Part shown: one piece after another, positions 28,493 through 38,279 of the stretch
Layout of the letters: each line of letters starts with the position of its first letter
Numbering within the stretch: position 1 is the first letter of the stretch
Virus record (IMG/VR): IMGVR_UViG_3300017963_000281
Span: 238-64,237 of that record
From: a virus
Lineage: Duplodnaviria > Caudoviricetes
DNA: 64,000 nucleotides
Reading direction: 5' to 3' (one strand)
The notes under the pieces: model-generated
Told to the model about the DNA's origin: nothing
The model's input: only the letters and a program-made list of their open reading frames with translations
The model's database searches: none
Made by a program: the position numbers and the translations under genes

Positions 28493-28796
28493 GGATCCTC
28501 CTGAAAAGGTTGTGGGCCACCTGGCGCTTGAGGAACGGCGGCAGGCTCGCGAAATCATACTCGACGCCGTCCTTGTAGCATCGAGCCTTCATACAGCAGC
28601 CCTGGCCGATCCCCAGGATAGCCTTGGTTGCCCTGGTTGTAGCCAGCTTACACGTTGCCTCGGTCCCGTCATAGCCCAGAGCCTCGCAGGAACCTCCGGT
28701 TGAGCCCATGCCCATCTCTTTCGAGATGGGGCAGGGTTCATTGATGCAGCAGAAGCCGCATCGGCAACAGCTGTTAGGATACTCAGCTTTTTTCAT
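28470..28796 (-). CDS. CxxCxxCC (YkgJ-like) Zn/Fe-S cluster protein
   Basis: CCRCGFCC...PC...C...CKL...GCC. Confidence 0.7.
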   Translation of the reverse strand: MKKAEYPNSCCRCGFCCINEPCPISKEMGMGSTGGSCEALGYDGTEATCKLATTRATKAILGIGQGCCMKARCYKDGVEYDFASLPPFLKRQVAHNLFRRIHERRHTG

Positions 28797-29070
28797 GTTT
28801 GTCCCTCAATTCTATCAATTCTTCCTCTCGCTTGGCCACCTGTCCGGGAAGGTCGACCAAAGACCGGTAGATTTTTTCTGCCAGATAGGCGCTTTCACCG
28901 CAATCGAACTCCATAAAATTGTGCATGTCCTCGACGGTGACACTGAAGACAGCAGATCCGCCAAAGAGCGATTCCTTCCAGACCTTGATCTGCATGTCGT
29001 CGTCGATATCGCCCTTCTTTATCATAACGCACTGAATGGCCATCTCGTGGACTTGTTTGTACTGGGGCAT
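28783..29070 (-). CDS. Hypothetical protein
   Basis: AGGAGGTG RBS before MPQYKQ. Confidence 0.65.
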   Translation of the reverse strand: MPQYKQVHEMAIQCVMIKKGDIDDDMQIKVWKESLFGGSAVFSVTVEDMHNFMEFDCGESAYLAEKIYRSLVDLPGQVAKREEELIELRDKHEKS

Positions 29071-29146
29071 AGGTTTCACCTCCTTTCTTATTGGCCACGC
29101 CGGCGCCGAAGCGCCGGCCGCACAGGGCTTAAGGCCACCCTGCCGG

Positions 29147-29653
29147 TTAAATCTCGTCATACGGGACCGCGTGATCCGGATAGCCGCCATCCGTCCTGGC
29201 CGTGATGACGTGGCATGTTACCAGGCCGGAAAAGCCAGTGCCATGGCCAGCGATCTTGGCCTTGGCCGGCGCCCGCTCGTCGCGTTCCATGAAGCCCAGC
29301 TTGTACAATTTCGACAGCTTCTGGCGCGTCTTGAGCGCCGGCAGCCATAGGACAGCCTTGTCGTTGCTATCCAGGACCATCCATTTGGGCTCGTGGGAGT
29401 AGCTGAATCTGTTATAAACTGAGACGAGCTTAGCCTTGACCCTGACGCCTGACCCGCGGTGAAATAGGCCCGGGAAGGTGGACTTGCCACCGTTCTCGAG
29501 GATTTTGGCCTGCAGGTGATCTTGCTGGCCGCTGAGGTTATGACACCACTGGGACACAAACCCGTCGGTGTCGCACCGATCAAAACTCTCGCGCTCCTTC
29601 TCGAAGCTCTTGTCGCCGCGTTCGCGGTAATCGTTGGCCGTCATTTTGTCCAT
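29147..29653 (-). CDS. Hypothetical early protein (168 aa)
   Basis: GGAGG RBS; operon context. Confidence 0.7.
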   Translation of the reverse strand: MDKMTANDYRERGDKSFEKERESFDRCDTDGFVSQWCHNLSGQQDHLQAKILENGGKSTFPGLFHRGSGVRVKAKLVSVYNRFSYSHEPKWMVLDSNDKAVLWLPALKTRQKLSKLYKLGFMERDERAPAKAKIAGHGTGFSGLVTCHVITARTDGGYPDHAVPYDEI

Positions 29654-29665
29654 TTGGAACCCTCC

Positions 29666-29797
29666 CTAATAAATGATGATGTAAAAACCATTAGCGTCGG
29701 TCTCGGACTGGAACCGTTGCCCGTTGAACCTCAGCTCGATAACGAACTGAGCCATCTCCGTCATTTGATCCGTTCTAAAGAAAATTGCACCCTCCAT
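29666..29797 (-). CDS. Small early protein, 43 aa (not in ORF track)
   Basis: AAGGAGGT RBS; MEGAIFFRTDQMTEMAQFVIELRFNGQRFQSETDANGFYIIIY. Confidence 0.65.
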   Translation of the reverse strand: MEGAIFFRTDQMTEMAQFVIELRFNGQRFQSETDANGFYIIIY

Positions 29798-29808
29798 AGT
29801 TGACCTCC

Positions 29809-30267
29809 TTAGTTGGCGCCTAAGCACCAGGCTTTTTTGGTTTTGTCCCAGAGATAAGTGGCCCAGGCGTCGACGACATGCTCTTGTTCGCCGTCAAAAT
29901 AGGCTTTGATGACACTATTGTGGGCGCCGACAGTGATCTGGTGAGAGAATCTGTCAACGAATTGCCCGTCATAAGGGGCGACCTCTTTGACGATCCGGAT
30001 CTCAGGGCCGAAATGTTCGTTATCCGCTCGGACCAGATCATCCGCTGGCGGATCCGGAGGAGTCGTGGCCCAGACGATGGAGTCGACCGGCCGGCCCTCG
30101 CCGAAGGTTCTGCAGGGGATGGCATCCTGACCGAGCTGGGCGGCTATTTTTATGGCTGCCGTGACGGTGGACTCGGCTTCGTGCAGGGCGTATCCACAAA
30201 CGAATACATGGACGCGGTCATCCTTGAGGGGCCGGGTGTAAACATTAACTTTCACGAAATCTTTCAT
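29809..30267 (-). CDS. Hypothetical protein, first gene after a strong promoter
   Basis: AAGGAG RBS before MKDFVK. Confidence 0.7.
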   Translation of the reverse strand: MKDFVKVNVYTRPLKDDRVHVFVCGYALHEAESTVTAAIKIAAQLGQDAIPCRTFGEGRPVDSIVWATTPPDPPADDLVRADNEHFGPEIRIVKEVAPYDGQFVDRFSHQITVGAHNSVIKAYFDGEQEHVVDAWATYLWDKTKKAWCLGAN

Positions 30268-30315
30268 GGCATCTCCTTTCAGGCTCGAGTTAACAGATGA
30301 ATCAATATGGCCTAA

Positions 30316-30344
30316 ACTATAACCCATGGGTTAGCGTTTGTCAA
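30316..30344 (-). promoter_or_regulatory. Near-consensus sigma70 promoter with a palindrome in the spacer
   Basis: TTGACA-17 nt-TATAGT with an upstream T-tract; TAACCCATGGGTTA palindrome at 30320-30333. Confidence 0.85.
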
Positions 30345-30422
30345 CAAAAAAAAATATGGTGGTGTAAAATTGATACAGCGCCTGCCGCGCCAGACCGAAC
30401 GCGACAGGCATGCTTGTAAAAC

Positions 30423-31163
30423 TCAGACAGTTACGACAACTCCGAGCGCTTTGAGAGCGGACTCTACGTCGCCGCTCTCACCTTCGCCCTTCTTTACCAG
30501 ATGGCACTTGTGCTTTATTTTATTGGGGAGCTTCGAGAAACAGGCTAAGCAGACGACATCACCGGATTTCTTTTTCGCCCCACAAGCGCATCTTGTTCCC
30601 GACAAAAGCTCGATGTAATTCAGGTTCGTATTCTGCGTGCTAATCTCCTTGACTGAACGCACAACCGACTCGGCCCATTTCTTTTTGTCGGAATTATATT
30701 TCGCTATATAATTAACCTTCTCTCGCAGCAGCTCTCCGATTTTGCTCTCGAGCTCACCCACTTCATCTTTGAGGCTCGCGATCTGCTTCACATGCCGCTT
30801 ACACTCATCGCATCCCTTCTTGGTGGTCAGGCCCTTTCCGTCGAACAAACTGGGTTGTGGAGGCTTCTCACGCTTACCTGTCTTGATCTCGATTGCCTCT
30901 GACACCGTATCGTACAACGTGACGAACACGCCTGCGCTGCCTGGTCCTTTCTGCGATTTTAGCAGCCCGCATTTAACCATGTCGTTAAGAGTGCCCAGTA
31001 TCGAACTCATTTTTTTTTCATCCAAGACTTCGTTGTAGTCAGAAGCAAAGCGTTTGGGAACAAGCTGCCAGTGGAAAGAGTATCCTTTCCGACCAGCGAG
31101 AGCCTCTATACACTTTTGGATCTGAGACTTTTTACCTCTGTATCTGCGTAATTTTGCTGTCAT
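30423..31163 (-). CDS. Putative DNA-binding protein with coiled coil and C-terminal Zn finger
   Basis: wHTH-like N-terminus; CDEC; CACG...CLAC. Confidence 0.65.
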   Translation of the reverse strand: MTAKLRRYRGKKSQIQKCIEALAGRKGYSFHWQLVPKRFASDYNEVLDEKKMSSILGTLNDMVKCGLLKSQKGPGSAGVFVTLYDTVSEAIEIKTGKREKPPQPSLFDGKGLTTKKGCDECKRHVKQIASLKDEVGELESKIGELLREKVNYIAKYNSDKKKWAESVVRSVKEISTQNTNLNYIELLSGTRCACGAKKKSGDVVCLACFSKLPNKIKHKCHLVKKGEGESGDVESALKALGVVVTV

Positions 31164-31195
31164 GATGGATCTCCTTATTAACTAACGATTAGGGT

Positions 31196-31627
31196 TTAAA
31201 ACGGAATGTCATCGTCTGGACCACCTGGTGGCTGGAATCCGCTGTCGTCGTACTCGCTTCTTTGCTGCCGGCCACCAGACGATCCTCCTCCTGGGGCCGA
31301 ACCAAGGAACCGGATGTCCGATGCGATGATCTTGGTGGTCCACCGGTCGTTACCGTTGTTGTCTTGCCACTTATCGGTCTGCAGCTTTCCCTCGACGTAA
31401 ACCTGTCGGCCCTTGGTCAGGTATTCGCCGCAAATCTCAGCCAGCCGGCGCCAGGCCGTAACCCGATGCCACTCGGTTCGCTCTTTTTTTTCTCCGGTGT
31501 TTTTGTCTTTCCACTGCTCTGAGGTTGCGATGCTTAAGCTGGCGACCGCATCTCCTCCCGGGGTGTAGCGCATCTCGGGGTCCGCTCCCAGGTTACCGAT
31601 AATTATCACTTTGTTAATGCTTGCCAT
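31196..31627 (-). CDS. ssb: Single-stranded DNA-binding protein
   Basis: [19 protein letters not shown]...TEWHRV...VYVEGKLQT; acidic DDDIPF tail. Confidence 0.97.
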   Translation of the reverse strand: MASINKVIIIGNLGADPEMRYTPGGDAVASLSIATSEQWKDKNTGEKKERTEWHRVTAWRRLAEICGEYLTKGRQVYVEGKLQTDKWQDNNGNDRWTTKIIASDIRFLGSAPGGGSSGGRQQRSEYDDSGFQPPGGPDDDIPF

Positions 31628-31702
31628 TGTTTTTTCACCTTCCTTTCTTTTAAGATTTTTGGATAACGTGATGATGAGCGGCGGCGTTAGCCGTCCGACT
31701 CC

Positions 31703-32230
31703 TTATAGACCCTTACTTTCGAGCATCATCTTGAGGATCTGTTCTTTTGACAGCATCTGCAGGGTGTCGACATACTTACGCTGCCATTTTTTGATATCAT
31801 CCTCAAGGGACCTGATTTTGCTTTCCAGAGATCTGGATTTTTCAATCTCCTTGTCGAGCTCGCCCTCCAGGTCCTTAACCTCTGCACGCAACCGCTCCTT
31901 TTCGCCCCAGCCGCGGCGATCGGTTGCATTAAGGTGGACGACGTTTGTTTTCTCGTGGCGGGGCTTATTGAACGGCTTAGCCTTGGAGCGGTCTTTGGTA
32001 TAGGAGATCTTGTTGCTTCCTGGGTCCAGGCGCCCCATGCGCCAAATCAGATCTTCTTTGGCAAGTTCCTTAAGCGCCATTCTGACGTACTGCTTTGAGT
32101 AGTCGACCTTTTCGGCCACGTCGTCGATATCAAAGATGTCATTGGGTAGCGATTCCAAAACCTCCCAAACTCTTTCTTTGAAGTTCATCGCAGCCTGCTC
32201 TTTTGTCATAGTTCTCTGCGAGTCTGTCAT
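31703..32230 (-). CDS. Winged-HTH plus coiled-coil protein
   Basis: IDDVAEKVDYSKQYVRMALKEL; GGAGG RBS before MTDSQ. Confidence 0.65.
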   Translation of the reverse strand: MTDSQRTMTKEQAAMNFKERVWEVLESLPNDIFDIDDVAEKVDYSKQYVRMALKELAKEDLIWRMGRLDPGSNKISYTKDRSKAKPFNKPRHEKTNVVHLNATDRRGWGEKERLRAEVKDLEGELDKEIEKSRSLESKIRSLEDDIKKWQRKYVDTLQMLSKEQILKMMLESKGL

Positions 32231-33918
32231 GATGCCTCCTTCCATGTTTTTACCTTTGTGGATACCCTCTGCCGGTGGGTCCTCGGACCGCTTATGCCGT
32301 CGATTTTAGTATACTGCCTGGTTGTTAGTGGATAATTCGCCCGGATGTACTGGAAACACTGGTTAAGCTCGCTCAGTGTCATATCAGCCCTGGGCTTGCC
32401 CATGGCCCTTCTTATCTCTCCATTTATGCGCCCGTTGCGATACCGATGCATAAAACTATAGGCCCTAACGTGGGCCTCAACCTTCTCCCGGATACTGGTC
32501 TCGAGTTCGCTGGGCGTCGGATCTGCGACCGGCATTGACGGAGCTATAGCCATTTTGGGATCCGGCCCGAGGAAGGCCTCTCGGTTGCCGAGCAGGGATG
32601 ATGCCAGCGGAATGATGCCGCGCCGGCCAGGTTCCTCTCCGCCGCCCTCATCGCCAAATAGCTCCATCTGCTCGCCCTGGCGATAGTCCGTAATGTGCCC
32701 GACCTGCTCAGCTTCGATCTGGTCGACGATCTTTCGCATTATCGGATCATCTGGGCACCATACATAGGCACGCTGGTCCTCCCAGGCGCCGGCCAGGTGG
32801 TCAACCCGGACCGCCCGGGCGAGCATCTGCTCGATCCAGGGCTTGGATCGGATATGCGTCAAGCTGACCAGGTGGGTGACCGAAGGGACGTCCAGGCCTT
32901 CATATGCCATGGCGATCGTCACCAGGATATCGAACCCACCCTTTTTGAATCGTTTTATGGCATCGTGAGCCGCCTTGGACTCATGACTGGTGGCGATCTC
33001 CGCCCGGTAACATTTCTTTTTGAGGTATGCGACCGCTCGCCTGGCCGTCTCGATGCCTGACGTCACGACCAGCATTTTAGATCGACGATTGAGCGTTTTG
33101 TAGTCTGACCAGTGGAATAGAGCCTGGTCCAGCAGCTGCTCTGCGTAATCTGTCGTCAGGGCGGTATAGACAGCTGCAGAGGCGTCATCCATCTTGACTT
33201 TGGCCATCGAGTCGTATTCGATCGTATCACCAATCTCTGTCATCCATTTTACGCTTGCATCGGCGAAACTAAACACCAGCGGAATGATGGCTTTCTCGGA
33301 CAGGGCGTCGGTCCTGGTGTATCGTATAACGCGGAGTCCGATCTGGTCGTTGGATTGGATGACCGGCATTTTCTTGCCATGCTGGGTGAGGTATGGCAAA
33401 AAGGCGATCTGCGTCCCATCCCCGCGCTCCAGGGTCCCTGTCATCAGAACGACATAGGCTGCTCGCTTCACGAGCTTGGCCAGGGCATCATGCCATGGCG
33501 TGCCTTCGCCGGCATGGTGGAACTCATCCAGAACCAGGACGTACCGCCGCTTCTTGAAGTCCTTTAACAGGGTCTGCTGCTCATCGATGCCGATGGCCTG
33601 GTACGTTGTGATGCAACCTTCGAGGCCGCGGCAGGGATCTTTATCGTTTGTGCTGGATCGGATCCTCTTTTTGTGACCGAACATATCCCGGAAGAAGGGA
33701 TCCATGAAGTTTCCCTCGCCCTGGGATTGCAGCGACTTCCGAGGGACAACCCAGCAAAGTTTATTTGCCTGGCCGGCATCCAGCAGCCGGCTGGCGATAA
33801 TGGGCAGCGCCGATTTGCCACCGCCCGGGGTAACCGACGCCAGAATATATTCGATGGGACGGCCGGCGATGATATCGTCGACGGCGCGTTCCATATGTAC
33901 TTGGTGCTTACGTTTCAT
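32227..33918 (-). CDS. Superfamily 2 (DExH, ResIII-like) helicase
   Basis: TPGGGKS, LDEFHH, MTGT, EGLDVP, QMLARAVR. Confidence 0.9.
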   Translation of the reverse strand: MKRKHQVHMERAVDDIIAGRPIEYILASVTPGGGKSALPIIASRLLDAGQANKLCWVVPRKSLQSQGEGNFMDPFFRDMFGHKKRIRSSTNDKDPCRGLEGCITTYQAIGIDEQQTLLKDFKKRRYVLVLDEFHHAGEGTPWHDALAKLVKRAAYVVLMTGTLERGDGTQIAFLPYLTQHGKKMPVIQSNDQIGLRVIRYTRTDALSEKAIIPLVFSFADASVKWMTEIGDTIEYDSMAKVKMDDASAAVYTALTTDYAEQLLDQALFHWSDYKTLNRRSKMLVVTSGIETARRAVAYLKKKCYRAEIATSHESKAAHDAIKRFKKGGFDILVTIAMAYEGLDVPSVTHLVSLTHIRSKPWIEQMLARAVRVDHLAGAWEDQRAYVWCPDDPIMRKIVDQIEAEQVGHITDYRQGEQMELFGDEGGGEEPGRRGIIPLASSLLGNREAFLGPDPKMAIAPSMPVADPTPSELETSIREKVEAHVRAYSFMHRYRNGRINGEIRRAMGKPRADMTLSELNQCFQYIRANYPLTTRQYTKIDGISGPRTHRQRVSTKVKTWKEAS

Positions 33919-33922
33919 ATTT

Positions 33923-34105
33923 TTAACCCTCTACGACTTCAACGCGCTCTTGGCTCGTGTCCTCTTCGCACTCGACCATTCCAAAGCCGACCCATTCGTA
34001 TAGTTGGCCTTCGATAACAAACTGCTTATTCAACAGCTGGTCCGAGTTGCAGAACGTAAGCCTTTTTAATTCGGAGAGCCTCATCGATTTGTGTTTAGCT
34101 TTCAT
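33923..34105 (-). CDS. Hypothetical protein (60 aa)
   Basis: Fits the operon packing. Confidence 0.55.
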   Translation of the reverse strand: MKAKHKSMRLSELKRLTFCNSDQLLNKQFVIEGQLYEWVGFGMVECEEDTSQERVEVVEG

Positions 34106-34277
34106 GTCTCAGGTCCTTATATAGCCTGGCGACCTTGACCTTCCGGATCCGGCTGCCATGCCGATATGTCACCTCCAGCTTTCCCTTCTGGCGCCCACGC
34201 CTGATCTCCCGGATCGAGAACACCGGGCGGAACCCATTGCCTATCCATGCGATACCTGCTGCCTGTACTTTAGCCAT
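34095..34277 (-). CDS. Small basic hypothetical protein (60 aa)
   Basis: TAAGGAGGT RBS before MAKVQ. Confidence 0.7.
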   Translation of the reverse strand: MAKVQAAGIAWIGNGFRPVFSIREIRRGRQKGKLEVTYRHGSRIRKVKVARLYKDLRHES

Positions 34278-34310
34278 GATAACCTCCTTATTTGATTGGA
34301 TTTCATGGCT

Positions 34311-34319
34311 ATTATACCA
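34311..34319 (-). promoter_or_regulatory. Extended -10 promoter element
   Basis: TGGTATAAT about 35 nt upstream of the ATG at 34277; no consensus -35. Confidence 0.6.
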
Positions 34320-34475
34320 AACGGGGTTTACGAAAACCCGCGGTTGGCGGCGATTTAGGCGGTTTTGCTGGCGTAACTTGTTGATATTATTGTTGTGCAT
34401 TTTTTCCTTGACATAGAACCCATGCGGGTTGACGAGGACGATTTTGGACCATTGGCCTCCGTGAATCCTTTATCC

Positions 34476-34529
34476 AAAGGTGCCACCAACCCTTAAAATA
34501 AATTATCTATAAGGGTTGGTGGCACCTTT
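34476..34529. repeat. Perfect 20-bp inverted repeat with 14-nt AT-rich spacer
   Basis: AAAGGTGCCACCAACCCTTA ... TAAGGGTTGGTGGCACCTTT. Confidence 0.9.
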
Positions 34530-34877
34530 TGGTTCCAGTTTAGGCTCGAATCCGGTTAGGTCCCAGTAATCGTGCAGGTCGTCGTCGATTCGCCCTCCCA
34601 GCTGGTGGCAATAACCCAGGGCTTCGAGGTTCAGGAACATCTCCCCGCACCACTCGCACATATACCAGTCAGCCATTTGGACCTCATCGCCCCAGATCCG
34701 CTCCTCGATGTCGTTGCACGGATCCCGGATTCGGGTGAACTGCAAGCATGGTGTCTCCCAGTCGATTAGCTTCCCGCAGCTGCAGCACCGCTTCCGCCTG
34801 GTTGTATTGAGGACTGTAAAGTCCTCGGGCGGGATATAGTACCATTCTCCGTCGTCGAAACATCCACAACTAAGCAT
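34503..34877 (-). CDS. Cys-rich Zn-finger phage protein
   Basis: LSCGC, RKRCCSCG, MCEWC; GGAGG RBS. Confidence 0.7.
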   Translation of the reverse strand: MLSCGCFDDGEWYYIPPEDFTVLNTTRRKRCCSCGKLIDWETPCLQFTRIRDPCNDIEERIWGDEVQMADWYMCEWCGEMFLNLEALGYCHQLGGRIDDDLHDYWDLTGFEPKLEPKGATNPYR

Positions 34878-34887
34878 ATGATCCTCC

Positions 34888-35106
34888 CTAATCCGACAGA
34901 TATTTGATGGCTGCGTCCAGGGCGTCGCCGTACCCGGCGCCGATCCCCTGGTACAAGTCCGCCTGCATTTCGTCGGGCAGGCGCCTATAGCAGCTGTAAC
35001 ACAACGATTTGAGCCGCTTCTTGGGCCGTCCACAGAAGCACTCCTCAGATTTCAGTTGCTCAATTAACTCTTTAACTGTTGCGCGGTTTTTGGTTTCGCT
35101 GGGCAT
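34888..35106 (-). CDS. Small Zn-finger protein
   Basis: CFCG...LCYSCYRRLP. Confidence 0.7.
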   Translation of the reverse strand: MPSETKNRATVKELIEQLKSEECFCGRPKKRLKSLCYSCYRRLPDEMQADLYQGIGAGYGDALDAAIKYLSD

Positions 35107-35253
35107 AGCTCACCTTTCCGAGGGCCGGAAACATAATAGTCCCGGCCCTCTATGTATCTGCCGACCAGGTTGCCGGTCCGGACTTCCTCTATGGCCACCG
35201 TAAATGACCCATGCATCCGGATCCGAGCGATCACCCGGTCGACATTGCCTGGT

Positions 35254-37782
35254 TCATCTCTCAATGTAGATCCCACCTCCGTTAACTCTGATGACATGAT
35301 CGGCCAAGGCTACGCATTCCGGTTTGTGGCTAATAAACAGACACTTCTCGAAGCCGCCAGTCGGCATGAACACCTTATACAGCTTGGTGTAGGCCTGGGC
35401 CGTCTCAACATCCAGTCCGGCGTCATCCTCATCAGCATAGGCCGTCAGATAGTTCTTGCCGGAATTCTCTTTGCTGATGAGCGTCATAGCCAGTCTGAGA
35501 GCCTTTAAGGCCCAGACCTGCTGGCCACCGGATCGGTTCGCGATCAGGACGCTATCGCCGTCCGGATCGATCACCCTGGGCTCCAGAACCTCTCGGCCCT
35601 CCTCGTCCACAGTATTGAAATCGACCATGGCCCAGGATCCCAAGGCCTGCTCAAGCAGCTTGTTCGCGTCGGCAGCGATCGCCGGCGCCACGCTATTGAT
35701 CTCGAGGGCTCGGAGGCCGTTGGCGCCACAAGCGTCCTTGATATATTTCCAGTTGGAAATCTCATTGACGATGGTCCTGGACTGTTCCTGGTAGGTGTCG
35801 TAGGTGTCTTTTGATTCCTTGAGGCTGGCTATCTTTTGCTCCAGGTTGGCCTGCAGGGCTTTTTCGATGGCCAGTTTCTCTGCTATTTTGGCCCTGGTCG
35901 AGCTGGCAGATTCATATTCATCCTTGGCCGAAACGACTTTGCCGTCCAGGAGCTCGTCATACAGGATCTGATCACATTTGAGCTGCAGCTTGAACGCGGC
36001 ATCCTTCTTCTCGTCGAGGGCGGCCTGGGCCTCAGAGACCTTGACGTCGCGCTCTTTCCTGATGCGCTCCAGGTCCTCGGTCTGGATCTTGACCTCGTTT
36101 TTGACGATCGCGATTTTAACCGCCTGGCCGGCCTTGTCCTTATCCTCGGCAATGCCCTTTCTCCGCGCTTCTATCTCATCCTCAATCGCCCTGACATCGG
36201 TCTCGGCCTTGGCTATAGTGCTCCTGGTGTCCTTAATTTTTGCCTCTATCCCCATCTGTTCTGATTCGATCGCATCGAGCAGAACGGACGCATTATCGAT
36301 GTCCGCGGCATTTGCGCCCAGCCGGGAGTTCAGCTTGAACCTCAGATCTGCGAGGGCCTTCTCGTCGAGCTCTATTTTGTTGTCGCGGTCCTTCTCGAGC
36401 TTATTTTTTTTCTCATTCAAAGCATTCCAGTTTGACCTCGCGACCAGCGCGGATTGAATGAATTCGCAGTTCTGGGAGTTGCAGTCGAAAGTCTCACCGC
36501 AGCTGCAGCTCAGGTCCGTCCCTCTCTTATCTAACAGCTTCATTTGTTGGGCCGCTGACTCGATCTTGGCCCGGAGGGTGGCGATGGAAGGGCTTTCGAT
36601 CATCAGCCTTATATGGGACTCGAGGTCCGATATCTCTACCTCCAGGCGCCTTATCTCAGCCTGGCGTTCGGCGGCACTCGTATCCCTATCGCTCTTTGTC
36701 TTCGCTTCCGCCTTTCTGGACTCATCCAGGGCGCCCTCGAGAGACTCCAACTTTTTTCTGAGCGCTGGAATGTCGTTTGATTGCAGGGAGATCCTTTTCT
36801 CCTCCAGGCCAGTTATGGCCTGCTCATGGTTTCTTATCCGGTGCTCGGCCGACTCGATATCCCCAGCGTTTGCGTCCAGGAATTGTTTGTTCGAGTCGAT
36901 TTTATTCTCGAGAAAAGAAACCTTCCGGATAAAATCGGATCGGACACTCTCGAGACGTTTTTGGAGATCATTTTTTTCGGTATTCGCGGATCGCAACTTC
37001 TCGAGGCAGGCTTCTTTTTCGATCTTCGCCCTGTTATTAGCCTCTACCAGCGAGTCGAGATGCTTCATTTTTTCTTTCGCCTCGGCTATTACTTTGTCCC
37101 AGTGGGCGAGCTCCAGCTTTAAAACCTGGGCCTTCTTTTTCGATGCCACAACATTACCTGTCGCCTGCTCGAGCTCGGCCGGAATATTGCTGAGGGCCTG
37201 CAGCCTGCCGGCTATGGTATTTTGCTGGACTGTCCAATGCGTTATGGCGGACTTGGCCCCATTTTCATAGCGGACCAGCTGAGCCAGGCGATCACCCAAA
37301 AACTCAGTGAACAACGCCTTGAGCTCCGCCGGCCTTAGGCTCGAAATCTTAGCCGAGTTCTGGGCCGCGAAGGCTGAGTTGAAAAACAGGTTGGGTGACC
37401 CAAAGGTGTTGTTCACCCAGTTGTTATATTCGCTGATCTTTCCGTTCACCAGCGACTGGTCCTGGACGTAGACGTATCCTTCTGACCGGCCACTCTGGGC
37501 GTCGATCTTGACGACCGTTCGATAAAAATTACCCTCATGCTCGAAATCGAGCTCTTTAATCGAATCGCGCAGAAAAACATGGTTCTTGAGCGCGACTTGC
37601 GGCCGGCTGACCAGCTGGGCATACGGCTGCAGGTTCTCAATCAGCGTCGTCTTGCCGGCGCCGGTCTTGCCGCTGATGGCGATCAGGCCGGCGAGGTCGG
37701 AGATGTCGAGCTCGACCTCGTCCAGGCCCAGGCCTTTTTTGATTCCAAGAAATCCTCTGAGTTTAACTCTGTTAATATTCAT
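35254..37782 (-). CDS. sbcC: SbcC/Rad50-like SMC ATPase
   Basis: Walker A GKTGAGKTT, long coiled coil, RSGGQ signature, ADEDDAGLD, ISH. Confidence 0.92.
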   Translation of the reverse strand: MNINRVKLRGFLGIKKGLGLDEVELDISDLAGLIAISGKTGAGKTTLIENLQPYAQLVSRPQVALKNHVFLRDSIKELDFEHEGNFYRTVVKIDAQSGRSEGYVYVQDQSLVNGKISEYNNWVNNTFGSPNLFFNSAFAAQNSAKISSLRPAELKALFTEFLGDRLAQLVRYENGAKSAITHWTVQQNTIAGRLQALSNIPAELEQATGNVVASKKKAQVLKLELAHWDKVIAEAKEKMKHLDSLVEANNRAKIEKEACLEKLRSANTEKNDLQKRLESVRSDFIRKVSFLENKIDSNKQFLDANAGDIESAEHRIRNHEQAITGLEEKRISLQSNDIPALRKKLESLEGALDESRKAEAKTKSDRDTSAAERQAEIRRLEVEISDLESHIRLMIESPSIATLRAKIESAAQQMKLLDKRGTDLSCSCGETFDCNSQNCEFIQSALVARSNWNALNEKKNKLEKDRDNKIELDEKALADLRFKLNSRLGANAADIDNASVLLDAIESEQMGIEAKIKDTRSTIAKAETDVRAIEDEIEARRKGIAEDKDKAGQAVKIAIVKNEVKIQTEDLERIRKERDVKVSEAQAALDEKKDAAFKLQLKCDQILYDELLDGKVVSAKDEYESASSTRAKIAEKLAIEKALQANLEQKIASLKESKDTYDTYQEQSRTIVNEISNWKYIKDACGANGLRALEINSVAPAIAADANKLLEQALGSWAMVDFNTVDEEGREVLEPRVIDPDGDSVLIANRSGGQQVWALKALRLAMTLISKENSGKNYLTAYADEDDAGLDVETAQAYTKLYKVFMPTGGFEKCLFISHKPECVALADHVIRVNGGGIYIER

Positions 37783-38279
37783 TCGTTACCCTCCCGTTCG
37801 CTTTCAAACAGCCTGTTTAAAACCCACCTCTTGGCCGTCTTATAGTCGATGAACCCACCCTCTTCCGGCATTTTGCCAACAAACTCACGCGTAAAAGAGA
37901 CTCGCAAAAAATGTGACAGCGAGTAGGCCGTGCCTTTGTGGGCCTTTGATCTCTGCCCGCGATACTGCATGCCCCGTAGGATGTTCTCGATGATGTTAAG
38001 AGACAGATCGTTCGGTCCACTTCCGTTGTATCCCCACTCATACCCGTCTGGCGACCCTTCTATGACAACCCATGGCACATTGGTAGAAACCCCATTCTCC
38101 CGTCGCATGAGGATGATTCCCTCTGACATCGGAACGTCGAGGAACGACATATGCTCTGAGTCCTTTACGTCTGGCCCCTTGGCATGAATGTCGCTGCCCC
38201 AGCAAGTTGGCCCCATATTGCGCTTGATGCTTACTGGATCGGTGAGCGTCTTGCCGCATTTGATGCAACTATTTTGCAT
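37779..38279 (-). CDS. DUF6011-like Zn finger fused to a DUF6166-like domain
   Basis: CIKCGKTLTDPVSIKRNMGPTC; SPDGYEWGYNGSGP. Confidence 0.7.
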   Translation of the reverse strand: MQNSCIKCGKTLTDPVSIKRNMGPTCWGSDIHAKGPDVKDSEHMSFLDVPMSEGIILMRRENGVSTNVPWVVIEGSPDGYEWGYNGSGPNDLSLNIIENILRGMQYRGQRSKAHKGTAYSLSHFLRVSFTREFVGKMPEEGGFIDYKTAKRWVLNRLFESEREGNE

